The notes beneath the pieces were generated by a model, which was not told where the DNA came from, did no database searches, and saw only the letters and a program-made list of their open reading frames with translations. 64,000 nucleotides of DNA from Tricharina praecox. Lineage: Eukaryota. The translations under genes and the position numbers were made by a program. This document shows positions 36,614 to 49,136 of the stretch, one piece after another. Position 1 is the first letter of the stretch; every line of letters starts with the position of its first letter. The stretch spans positions 62,001 to 126,000 of the forward strand of contig NW_026250420.1 in assembly GCF_024521635.1 (NCBI RefSeq), read 5' to 3'.

Positions 36614-37721
36614 TAGAAAAGTAGATACACGGTAAAGACTGAAATGGGCCTGCATGCCCGCCAGCCCCTTCCCACCTCTCCTCTCGCCCCTACGGACTGA
36701 CTCACCCGCTCTTCCCACCTGCCATTTGTCCCTTCGTTTGAAGGTTTTCGGAATCCTTTAAATGGGGCTTGCGTGCTTTTTGCGGCCTGGAATTCCTGCT
36801 CCCGCCGATGAAGACGGTCACATAACTATACGCCGCCCCTGCCACGAGCATTATCAACCCACGACGGGACGCTTTCCTCTCTTCCAAGTCCTGCCCCTCT
36901 CTTCTCTCTCTTCCCTTTCCCTGTTCGCTTCCTCTCAACCTTCTTCCATCCCTCATCCATCTCACCATGGAGAAATGCGGGATCGGGGCCGCGGCTGATG
37001 TCGACGGGAGGGGTTGCTTGGGCTCGGTATTCACATCGGCATGCAGAGCGTCGGACAGTGAATCTGAGGAGCTATGATACAACAGACATCCGAGGACTCA
37101 GGAGCCTCTCTGACTGTCTGTCATGTGCGCATCGATGGTGAAAGGCAGATGGATGGAGGAGGAGAAGTGGAGTGAGCAGGTGGCCTTCGGAGGAAAGAAG
37201 GGCTGAGAGCCGTAGTAACTACATGGTTTCTGCAATAGGTACACTGAAATTATGTTTCATGGAACGTCACATCACGATACCTACATATGTGAACACTTGT
37301 TCTATAGCCAATGCAAAGGCTGAACCACGAATTCCAATTCCAAAGCACTCAATTGAGAGCCTGGTCCTTCACTAGTCTATAGGCCGACTCGAGTTTGGTA
37401 TGTATCCAAATGAGAGAGAGCTCTTGTTGCTCGCCGGAATCGGGGTGTCGACGGGATGTATGTAGTGCGAGGCATTGGTCAATGGTCATGGCATCCCAGA
37501 GCGAGTCAGTCCCATCAACTGTCATTCGCAGCAAACATCCCCCAAAAAATAAGGCAGTACACTGGCTCGACCGGCTAATCACTTCTGTATCTGCGGATAC
37601 CAATTTGCAAACCTCTGACCAGTTCATCCGTCTCCTAAAATCCGACTTTTATACTCATGTACTACCTATAAAATAGCAAACGCCGAACGCCATAAATTAT
37701 CTCCCGCTCCCTCCCACTACT

Positions 37722-38904
<1,183 letters not shown>

Positions 38905-39438
38905 GATTGTGGTTGTGAGAGGATGCGAGGGTGTCGTGCAGTGTTGGTGTGTGCGACTGACTGACTCGTTGGTGGGGCGACTCGAGCAGGTGAAAGTTGG
39001 GTTGAGGCTCAAAAGTTTAATTTTTTGCGCCGGACTAACCGAAAAGAAACAACCCTAAACCCTTGGTGGATATTGGTATGTATTCGTATTCGCAGCCGCA
39101 CTCGCCTCACCTTTCCGGTCCCTGGTGACGAGCAAGTCGCCCGCTGCCGTCGATAAGCCCATTACATCTGTTCATCAGTCGAGCTACCTAGTACTCTGCA
39201 TAGTCAAATGATAGAATTCCATACTCTGGACCCAGGGTTGTCAGGGATTTGGGGTTCAAAGTCTGCACATTTTCTGCACCATGGAGTCCACTCTTCAGGC
39301 GGGCGAACTGATCTCACACGCGCACGATATCGTTTCATCATGTACGCACGAGTAAACAAAGATGCAAGCGAGAAAGCGAGCAACATAACATCAAGGCAGT
39401 AGCAAAAGACAGAACCCCTCCCAAACTATCGCCATGGC

Positions 39439-40877
39439 TTACGCTCCCTCCTCTCTGGCTTTCCTGTAACTCGCCTGCAAAAAAAACCCAATCGCATCAG
39501 CACCCGCCGTTTATTCATCAATCATTCATTCATTCCGTACTCCCGGCTCCTCTTGGACTTGAGGCCATCCGATATCAGCCACAACAAAGGAAATCCCCCG
39601 TAATCGGCTAAAGAGAAAGGACGAGGCGAGGGATAGATTCATACCTCCTGTTCAACCTGAAGACTATCAATCAACGGCGCCAACTCGGAGTAAATCTCGA
39701 AGGCCTTCTTGTGGAACTCCAGCTGAGCTTGCACAAGATCGGCCAGATTCCTAAGTGGTTCGGGAGTATCCAGCACATTCTTCATAACACCGACGGCCTC
39801 CTCAGTGCAGCCCACGAACTCGTCTTCTGCTGTCTCGATCTCGACACGCTGAGCCTCAGTGAGGTTCTCGTCGCCAGTGTGTTCTTTCCTGCCCGCAGCA
39901 CCGATCGCCGGGAACCCAAATCCACCGTTCTTGGCACTCGACTTGGCCGCATCGAGCGTCAGTCGCGCGTTCTCGACGTTCTTGCGGGCCTTCTGCGCGA
40001 ATGTGATGTTGGTGTTGAGCGTAGTGGTGAAGGCGGAGTTGAACCGCGAAACGATCTGGGCATCCTGCTGCAGACGCGCTTCGCCGACCTGCTCGGAGGC
40101 GAGCGCATACTTCTCGAGGGCGGTAGCGAGAGGGTCATTGGGCTCGAGGAGATGCGCAGATGTGAGAGAGGCCCGACCAAGGGCGTGGTTGAAGGTCTTG
40201 GGCGCAGACTTGGTGCCAGGCTTCGTGAGGGCCGACTGGGCTTCAGCGGCGGATGAGGCGGACGCTAGGAGCTGGACCTTTTCCGAGACGGTGCGGGAGA
40301 GGTCCAGGAAGCTCTCGCGCTGCGCGGGGAGGGGGGGGTTAGTAATGCGTAAAGCGACAGGGTAGTGAGATGACGTACGAGGTTAGGAGGGTAGTCGTAA
40401 GACTGGAAGGGTTGTCAGTCAGTCAGCAGGGTCCCTTGTCACGAGCGGTGTTTCGAAACAAACCTCGTTGGCGTACTGGGACCTGCGAAACGGGGTTGTC
40501 AGTCGGTGTAAGAAAGGAGGATTCTATTACTGGGACAAGCTCACGTAACAGATAGCAGCTGCTGGTGCACTTGCTTGAGCGCATCGACGCGTTTCTCGAG
40601 CTCAAGGTAGTCCGCCGGGAGTTGAGTCTGTCTCAGTTAGCTGCTGCAGCCAAGTGCGGGGCACTTCAACTCCATCCGCGAAACGGAACCGAAGGGAAAG
40701 CTCGAGAGGGAGCTCGGTCGAGGAGGATGCAGCAGCAGACACAGCGTAGATGGGGAAATCAACCTTATCCTCAGCTTGTCCGAACTGCTCGCGCACGAAC
40801 TGTCCGGTGCGGGCAGCGAACGGCGAGAAGCTCGCGGTGATGTTCGTGCCGATATTTTGAAATCTGCTCATATCCAT
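39439..40877 (-). CDS. GVP36: BAR-domain protein Gvp36-like, 5 introns including two micro-exons
   Basis: FAARTGQFVREQFGQAEDK/TQLPADYLELEKRVDALKQVH/SQYANE/SYDYPPNL/RESF, then IETAEDEFV...VMKNVLDTPEPLRNL, ending EQE/ASYRKAREEGA. Confidence 0.9.
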
Positions 40878-41074
40878 GGTGGGCGGTGTGTAGTGTATGT
40901 GTTGATGGTTGAAGTGAGGAGGTAGACGATACTGGTGGATGAGGGTTTCGAAGTGGGCAGCGGGCAGAGGTGAGGGACAACTCCGGGGGTGTCCCGCACC
41001 ACCACGCTAGTCTTGGCATCCAATATCGGTTACATTAAAGGGTTCTGAATGGGGTTAGATGTAGACGAGGCCTT

Positions 41075-41385
41075 GCGCTGAGTGTATCTAATCTTATCGT
41101 TCATTCAACGGAGCATCATTCATCATTCGATTGCTGCATTTCGGGCGCTGAGTGTAATTTTGTCCTCCATTCAGTCTGGTTGCCATAGTCTAGTAAGGCC
41201 GTATGCGACAATAAATTGATGTTCTCTCTCTCTCCACCATTCGGTGGAGCATCATTCATCATTCGATTGCCACATTCCGCCCGCTGAGTGTAATTTGGTC
41301 CTCCATTCAGTAGAGCATCATTCATCATTCGATTGCTACATTGTGCGCGCTGGGTGTAATCTTCTTCATCATTTGATTGCCACAC
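41075..41385. repeat. Degenerate ~66-bp tandem repeat array
   Basis: GAGCATCATTCATCATTCGATTGC occurs at 41111, 41247 and 41313, each followed by GCTG(A/G)GTGTAAT, with partial units on both sides. Confidence 0.9.
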
Positions 41386-41452
41386 CGAGCCTACATGTGT
41401 ATATCTAGTACAAGAGATCGCTAGAAAATCCCGCCATATGATTCCGAACTAC

Positions 41453-43548
41453 CTACACCGAATTGTCTTCGGTGATCATGCTCGCACACTTCTCACCCAC
41501 AGCATACGCCAGCATTTGCGTATGCCCACAGATGAGAGTCGGCATGACACTCGTATCTGCCACACGCAATCCTTTGACGCCACGAACCCGAAGTCTCTCA
41601 TCCAGGACGGCCTGCGGATCCTGATCGATGCCCATTCTACACGTGCCACTGGCATGATAGCCTGCTTCATCAGTCACGGCCATCTCGACACGGGAGGGGG
41701 AGAGCTCACAAGTCGTGGCGTTCTTCTTCACGAACGCCGCCCACTGCTCTCTGCTCTCGTACTCGTGATGCTTCGCTTGCGGTGGCCAGGCAGCCTTGAC
41801 GATATCCCTGGTACCGGCGCCGTTCATGACGATCTCGTTCGCATACCTGCACGCCTCTGCAAGCACGAGGAGATCCAGCGGGTCGTCGAGGTACTTGTGG
41901 TCGACGACCGGCGTGTCGAGCGGATCGTTGCTCTTCAGCGTTACCGTCCCTCTCGACTGCTGACCGAACAGCTCGGGGATGATGGCGAACGCGGACTCGC
42001 CGCCGAGCGGGAAGTCGGCGTACTGCGATGGGCCGCCGTAGCACTCGGTCGTGAAGAACTCGATGTTGGGTTGCGCCGGCGTGAGGCCCATGGGGTCGTA
42101 GCCGTCCTTTCGCGGCGCATCCTGCCACAGCGAGGAGTCCGAGAGGCGCTCGTCAAGACGGGTGTAGGCGAACGCGCCGAATGGGAAGTCGGTAAGGAAG
42201 CCGGTTTGGGTTTCCTGCCACTGCTGCACGGCCGCCTGATGCATGCCCTCGGCGTAGATGCCGCGGTCTTTGGTGACCCCGGCTTCAGAGACTTCATAGA
42301 ACATGAACACGATCTGGCCCTCATCAGTACATGCCGGAATGAATGGGGGATTCCAGCCAGAATGAATGGGGGGATTCCAACCAGATGATCCATCAAGTTC
42401 TTTCCAACCCCGGGTAGATCGACTTTACTCTCGATGCCGAAGCCCTCGACCCCCTCCTTCGCACCAATGCCGGAGCGCATAAGGACGGCTGGCGAACAAT
42501 ACGCCCCGCCACTAACGACCACCTCCTTCCTCGCGCTCACCGTCCTCCTCACGCCATTCACACCCACGATCTGCACGCCCTTCGCCCTCCACTCGGCCTC
42601 CTCCCCCTCCCCCTCCCTCTCAAGCACAACCCTATCTACCATGGTCTCAGTGCGCACCTCCAAATTCCCGCGGGCAGTAGCAGTCCTGACGAAATCCGCC
42701 GCGGTGCTCCTGACCCCGTTATGCACCGTCCTGACCGCATGCCCACAGCCCACGGCCGTCTCGCCAGAACTGAAAATATCTGCGCCCAACGGCATGCCCA
42801 CGCCCACCATACTCTCCAGCACCCGCTGCGTAATTGGTGCCGGGTCCATAGGCGCCGTATGGAGCATCCCAGCCGTCCCATGACTCGCCGGATCATACGC
42901 GAACCAACCCTTGGGATGAAAACACTCCGCCTTCCCTCCCACACGTCAGCCCAGCCCCCGCCACACCCACAGCAGCAGCAGCAACACACCTTATTCATCC
43001 ATGCCCACACCTCGTCCCCGCCCCAGCCCGGCAGGCCCCACTCATCATAGTCCCGCTTTACGCCGCGCACGCACAGCGTGCCATTGCACGCACTGCAGCC
43101 GCCCAGGAACTTCCCGCGGCTCACCGCAACCTGCCGGCCGTCCAGGCCTGCCGACGGCACCGTCTGTATGTTCCAATCCGCGGAAGTGTTGAAGCCGGTT
43201 TTCCACCTGCGGGGGAGGTCAGCACGGGGAGAGGAGGGGGAAAGGGGGGGAGGAGGGGAGAGCTAACCCCCCCGCGAAGCGTGTGAATGCGTGCGAGAGG
43301 TGGTCTTTGCCCGCTTCGAGAAGCAGGACCGTTGCGTTGGCGTCTGAGGCTAGGCGCGCGGCGAGGACGGCGCCCGTGGTGCCGCCGCTATGTATAGCAT
43401 ATATAAGCATGTATGTAACCACGAGGACGGGGAGGACAAACCCGCAGACAATGTAGTCGTACTCCATCGCCGCCGCCGCCGCCGCCGCCGCCGCAGCGGG
43501 ATTCGGCGAGTGATCGTGGGAGAAGGAGGAATGGGAATTGGCAGTCAT
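41453..43548 (-). CDS. GMC-family FAD oxidoreductase (choline/aryl-alcohol dehydrogenase-like), ~5 introns
   Basis: YDYIVCG/GGTTGAVLAARL, RGKFLGGCSACNG, LMRSGIG, GVGKNLMDH, YHASGTCRMG and GLRVADTSVMP. Confidence 0.95.
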
Positions 43549-44049
43549 TATCGATCTTGTATTGCTTCTGAGGATTTTTGGACGGGCAGGAGCACTCTTA
43601 TCTCCTCCTCCTCCTCCTCCTCCCGGGCTTCCTACCGATATGGAACCGGCGAGACCCGACCCAGCCCAACAACCGGTATGTTGTGCGAAATTGGAATTCG
43701 ACGCGTGTCTCACATACGGATTACCTATGTTTCGAGTGCTGCATCATGCATGCATACACAGTGCACGGCGCAAGGCGTTGTGGCACGGTACGGTACGGTA
43801 TGGTATGGTATGGCCCCCTGCACTGGCACTGGCACTGGCACTGGTACTGGCACTGGCACTGGCACTGGTACAAAGCAGAGCACGTAGGTATGTACCTAGA
43901 GTACGCACATAGAGTGCGCACGCACGCATGTGTAGGATACTGTAGTTATCTCTGCAGACGATCTGCAGAAGATCTGCCGAGTCGGTCTTACATATGGGAT
44001 CTAGATTTCTTGGACGGACTACCTATGGCATGTGGAGTATTGGAGAAGA

Positions 44050-44255
44050 AGGAGGAAGGGAAGGAAGGGAAGGGAGGGAAGGAAGGGAAGGAAGGGAAGG
44101 GAGGGAAGGAAGGGAAGGAAGGGAAGGGAGGGAGGGTGGGACCGGGGGTTTTGAGGCGCTTTTTCTTTACTGGTATATCTTCATATCTCCATATCTCCAT
44201 ATATCCATATCTCCATATATCCATATCTCCATATATCCATATCTCCATATATATC
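44050..44255. repeat. Simple repeats: (GGAAG)-type and (CCATAT/CTCCATAT)n
   Basis: Directly visible tandem arrays. Confidence 0.9.
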
Positions 44256-45518
44256 TCCTCTGTTTTTCTTTCCCAAGATCTCTCGTCCGTTAACTACTAG
44301 ATCATACGCTTTTTGTGGAAGAGTTGGCCGGAGAATCGGAGATCAACAGGGAACCCCCCCCCTCCCACCCCCCACACAAACATCTCGCGAGCGATCGGCC
44401 GACCAGCGGTCCGAGACAGTGCAGTGGCGAGAAATCGGACGTGTACTACTCTACAGCCATGATCTATCATCTACTCTAGAGTACCAAGGCCGAATGCTCT
44501 GATGATTAAATAAAAATGAAAAATAAAAAACAAGTCAGTGGAGGTGGAGCATACTAAGTCACTCGTCAGCAGTTACTCGCCCGGGGAATCACGAGCCTTT
44601 TTCGTGGATTACATAGTACTATAATACTGTATCCTTACCAGTTGAGTTGTCCGGGACTCTGCTGGATGCAGCAGCACCGATCTCCAGCCATGCCATGCCG
44701 GAACCAGAACCGGAACCGGACCGCAGACAGACAGACAGACACGCGGACGGCGGGAGTGCACAATATCGCCCTTCATCTACCTACATAAGGTAGGTAGCTA
44801 AGTAATCAATGATTACATACGAATAGACGAAGAAAAAGAAAGAAAAAAGAGTCGTTCATTGGGGGCAGCCATCCAACCATCCAACCAGCCATCCAGCCAT
44901 CCAGCCATCCAGCCATCCATCCATCCATCCATCCATCCAGCCATCCATCCAACCGGACCATGCGGCGTACATAAACAGTGACAAAACTCCGAGGGTTTAC
45001 GCCGCCGCCGCCACCGCCGCCGCCGTGGGTGGGGGGGACGGACTGCGTGCGAGTGAGCGTGATTAAACGAAAGGAAAAAAAAGAGTCCTTTCGTACATAG
45101 ATCCAGAGCGGGTCCCCAAGATCCAAGATCATAGGATACCTGTGAATTGATATCTACAGAGTTTGTTTGCTCGTGCACAGTTTTGCACAGTTGAACTCCA
45201 GAGTCGACGAGTCCCTCCAGCCCAGCCCAGACCAGACCAGGCGAGACCAGACCAATATCCTCGGCAACACGACCATCCATCGATTTTGGGGCGGGAACGA
45301 ACCCCGTAGGTAGGAGGTATGTATGTATGATGTAGGTAAGTACATGGCTATTTCGTTGCATGAAATATCACTAGACACCCCAAACCCAAACACCCACTCT
45401 GGATAGGATAGGCGACAACAGCAAATTACAAACCCACCCACCCGGCCCCACCCCCCAGCACCATCTATTTTGAATTCTTGCCCGCTCCGCTACCTAAGTA
45501 CCTAGGGTGCGTAGCCAT

Positions 45519-47024
45519 CTACCTTTTCGCAGTCCTCGAGCCCTCCGCCTCCGCGGCCAGCTCCCTCGCGACCCTTCCGAACCATCCAACACCGCCATAG
45601 ACCATGCCGGTGTATCCCATAACGGCGTTCGCGCCCATCTGCACGCACCTCATAGCGTCCTTGCCGTTTGTGACGCCACCGCTGGCAACAATCTCGACAT
45701 CCCTACCCAGGCGGCGACGATACTCGCCTACGAGGCTCAGGGTCTTTGGCAGGAGCGCGGGGCCGCTGAGGCCGCCGGCCTCGAGCACCGAGATGCGCTT
45801 CTCCTCCTCCGAGGTCTGCGGGGAGCCGGTGAGGCTTGCGGGGCGCGCGGTGGTGGTGTTGGCGACGATGACGCCGGCGACGCCCGCGTTGCGGATCGCC
45901 GCGCAGATGTCGCTGATCTGGTCGGGCGAGTCGGAGTCGGGCGAGACCTTGACGACGACCTTGGGCTTGCGGGCGCGCGCGGTGACTTGCGACGCGGCGG
46001 TGACGACGGCAGATAGGAGCTCGGTGAGTGGCTTGGCTGCCTGCAGCGTGCGCAGCCCCGGCGTGTTGGGCGACGACACGTTGACGACGATCACGTCGGC
46101 GTACGGGCCGAGCTTCTGCACGCACTCGACGTAGTCGCGCTTGACGGCCGCGAGGTCGGTTTCTGGCGTGGTCTTGTTCTTGCCGATCTGTACGGCGAGG
46201 ACGCGGCCCGGGTGGAGCGAGGCGGGCAGCGAGGCGTCGGCTAGCACCGCGGATTCAGTGGTGCCGTTGGCTACTGCGTAGCGCCGCACTCGGTCGCGGA
46301 GACGCCGCGCCACAGTGTCCGCGCCCACACTGTTGAAGCCGTAGCGGTTGATGAAGCTGCATGAGGTCGGGAGGCGGAAGAGCCGCGGGCGCGGGTTGCC
46401 GTCCTGGGCTCGCGGCGTCACACAGCCCACCTCGATGAAGCCGATCGCGGGCGAGAGCGTGAAGAGGGCGTCAATGCATTCCGCGTGCTTGTCGAGGCCG
46501 GCAGAAATCCCAAGGGGTGTGTTTACGTCGAAGCCCCAGAGCGTGCTGCGAAGGGTCGAGAGGTAGTCGGGTGTACCGCGCTCGTGCAGAGGCGCTCCGA
46601 GGTTGTAGGCGAGGTTTAGCGCTCGGAGTCCGAAGACGTGCGCGGCTTCGGGCCCGGGACGCGAGACATCGTCGCCGCTAAAGATGTACCGCAGCAGAGG
46701 CGGGACCATGTATGTGTGGATGGAGGAGCGGGTATCGGTTGCTTCCACGTAGCTGTCATGCCCCACCCGCCTCAATCAGCCACCCATTCGCCGCCGCCGC
46801 CGCCTCCCCCCCCGCTATGAGTAGTAGACCTACCCGAAACCGAGGAGTCCCAGCAGTACCGTGCCGTAGATTCCATTGCGCAGACGGTTGAAGGGGGAAT
46901 TGAGGGCGCGGGCTTTGGAGGAGATGGTGCGATGGGAGGTCGTGGTGGTCGTGGTGGTGGTAGAACGAATCGCGGCACTTCGAACGGCCCGGAGGACTGT
47001 CGGTGTGGGCCGGAGGAGCGTCAT
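45519..47024 (-). CDS. URA9: Mitochondrial class 2 dihydroorotate dehydrogenase (quinone), 1 intron
   Basis: Arg/Thr-rich presequence and a TM helix, then PEAAH, GISAGLDKH, GNPRPRLFRL, INRYGFNS, NVSSPNTPGLR, KVSPD, GGLSG and SGGV. Confidence 0.96.
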
Positions 47025-47479
47025 GGTGTGCTGGTGGGCAGGTGAGTGTGTACGGCGGTGTGAAAGATTTCGCCGTTTCGGCTGCCAACAGCTTCGGGTG
47101 TTGCCGCGCGAGTGACGTCGGGTCCCGAAGTTACCCGGAGAGAGTGGAAAGATGTCAATGTGGAGGGAATCACTTCAGTCCAAGTAAGTACCTATATCTC
47201 CATCTTGAGCTGAATTCAGTAGGTATGGGAAGTGGCCTGAAGACAACTAGGGCAATCACTGCAAATTTGGGATTTAGACTCGGCCCGAGACTTGACCCCA
47301 CGAAGACAGATGACAACAAAAGAAGTAGCTGGCCGCCATGTGTATGTATTTTGCAGCAACACGAATACACACGTATTCACAATCAAGAAAATGCTGTACA
47401 AAACTCCCTTATTCTCATCTTCTACCGAGTCGTAACGGACCCCCCAGTTTCCATCCCTCATTCTTATCCCCCCGCCCCT

Positions 47480-48211
47480 CTACGGGGTAGCAATCTGCCT
47501 CTCAAACCCTACCCACTGCCCCTCCTCCGGCACAACCTCCAGTGGTTCCCACACCTTATCATCACGCATAGTCTCGGCGCACTGCAACTCACCCCATCCC
47601 TCCTCGATGACTTCTTCCAAGAGCCCCTCGCCGATCTTCTCCTCGATCTCCATAACCTGTTCAGCGGTCAACTGGGGCTCGAGGTCGATCTCCGTCTCCT
47701 CCTGGCGCATCAGCCTCTGAAGCTCCTCGTTATGCTCCGCATCGGCCAGCAAGTCCTTGACGAGCGGGTCCGCGGTGTTCTGTGGCAGCTTGCGGGTGTC
47801 ATGGCTCTCAGGCACAGCGAAAGCGCGCCAGTGCTCCATCTCCTGCTTCGCATACGCGACGTTTCCCGAGAAGGTAGTCCTGTCGACGAGAGTCTGCAGC
47901 TGGGCGCGCATGTACACGGCGACGTCGGTGATGTCGACGTCGCCCTGCAGGCCGTTCTGGCGGCGCGTGGCGAGGTAGTCGTTCCATCCCGCGGGCTTGA
48001 CCGACTTCAGGATCTCGAGCCGCGCCCGCGTCAGGTTCTCGGCCGACTGCCGGTACACGCTGTGCGAGGGCAGCGAAGAGAGCACGCTCAGCGTGTGGTT
48101 GTACAGCGCGATCAGCGCCGGCCGCGGGTGCGGGTGCGTGAGAACGCCGGTGATGCCCGTGGGGGAGAAGGCGGGCAGCCGCGCCGTCAGGAGCCGGGTG
48201 GTCGGGCGCAT
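47480..48211 (-). CDS. NDUFA5: Complex I accessory subunit NDUFA5 (fungal 29.9-kDa subunit)
   Basis: PTGITGVLTHPHPRPALIALY, SVYRQSAENLTRARL, EIEEKIGEGLLEEVI and WEPLE...EGQW. Confidence 0.93.
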   Translation of the reverse strand: MRPTTRLLTARLPAFSPTGITGVLTHPHPRPALIALYNHTLSVLSSLPSHSVYRQSAENLTRARLEILKSVKPAGWNDYLATRRQNGLQGDVDITDVAVYMRAQLQTLVDRTTFSGNVAYAKQEMEHWRAFAVPESHDTRKLPQNTADPLVKDLLADAEHNEELQRLMRQEETEIDLEPQLTAEQVMEIEEKIGEGLLEEVIEEGWGELQCAETMRDDKVWEPLEVVPEEGQWVGFERQIATP

Positions 48212-49030
48212 CGTGGATGAAGAGTTGGTGGGGGTGCTGCTGCTGGTGATGGTGGTGGTGGTGGTGGCGGGGTGCGGTGGTGATGATGAGGGGAGAGAGA
48301 TCCCGGTGACGGTGCTCTACTCCGGCTAGTGGTGGGTTGATTGGCTTTAGCGATTGGCCAATCGAATCTACGGTGATGCTGGTCACCACGGTGGATGAGA
48401 TTACTAATACGGGGCACGGCGCATCACTCGGCTCGGACGATACTACTCGGCATCGGAAACTTCGAGAGCTGTACCATAATGAGCTCGGACGGACACGTGC
48501 ATATCACCATGAGCTAACAAGTTCGGATGCAAAGATGATTGAAACAAAATTGAGAGGGTTCTACACCGCCGCCGCCGCTGTGGGTGGGTTCAAGAACTGC
48601 TCTGAATGAAAGAGCCAGCAGAAAATCCTGTGGGCACAGGTCCGGAAGCATACGAGGAGGGGCAAAGGTCGATTCAAGATCCAGGACCTCTTCGCAGACG
48701 CGCGATGTAGCAAGCGATTCTGGAATTCCTCTCCTCCACTGATGTGGGCCGACGGATGCCTGAGACCGCTGAGAGCGAGGTCTCCGAGTGGGAGCTCAGG
48801 GAGCGGGAGGAAATGGAGGCGGAACTAAGGCGGGAGGAGGAGGGAGGTGCTGTGGGTGAGGAGCCGGGCTCCGGCCCGCTGTTCTTCCCCACACCGTCTT
48901 TCATGGCATCCCCTTTTGAAGAGGCAGGAAGCGGCGACGACTAAGGACCTGCGGCAAGGCAGGGACAAGTCGAAGGAGTGGAATTTGGTTTTTCCTAGTG
49001 TCATTTCGTTGATGCGCTCATCCATTGCTG

Positions 49031-49136
49031 GGACAGGCCACGGCGGGGGCAGGGAAAGCCACATCGGGCCACTCGATGAAAGTTGGGTCGGACAGCGGCG
49101 AGGAAACTGAGTGTGTACATATATTGCCATGATCTA
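49031..49136 (-). repeat. Dispersed repeat, copy 2
   Basis: Its reverse complement aligns to 36502-36613. Confidence 0.85.
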
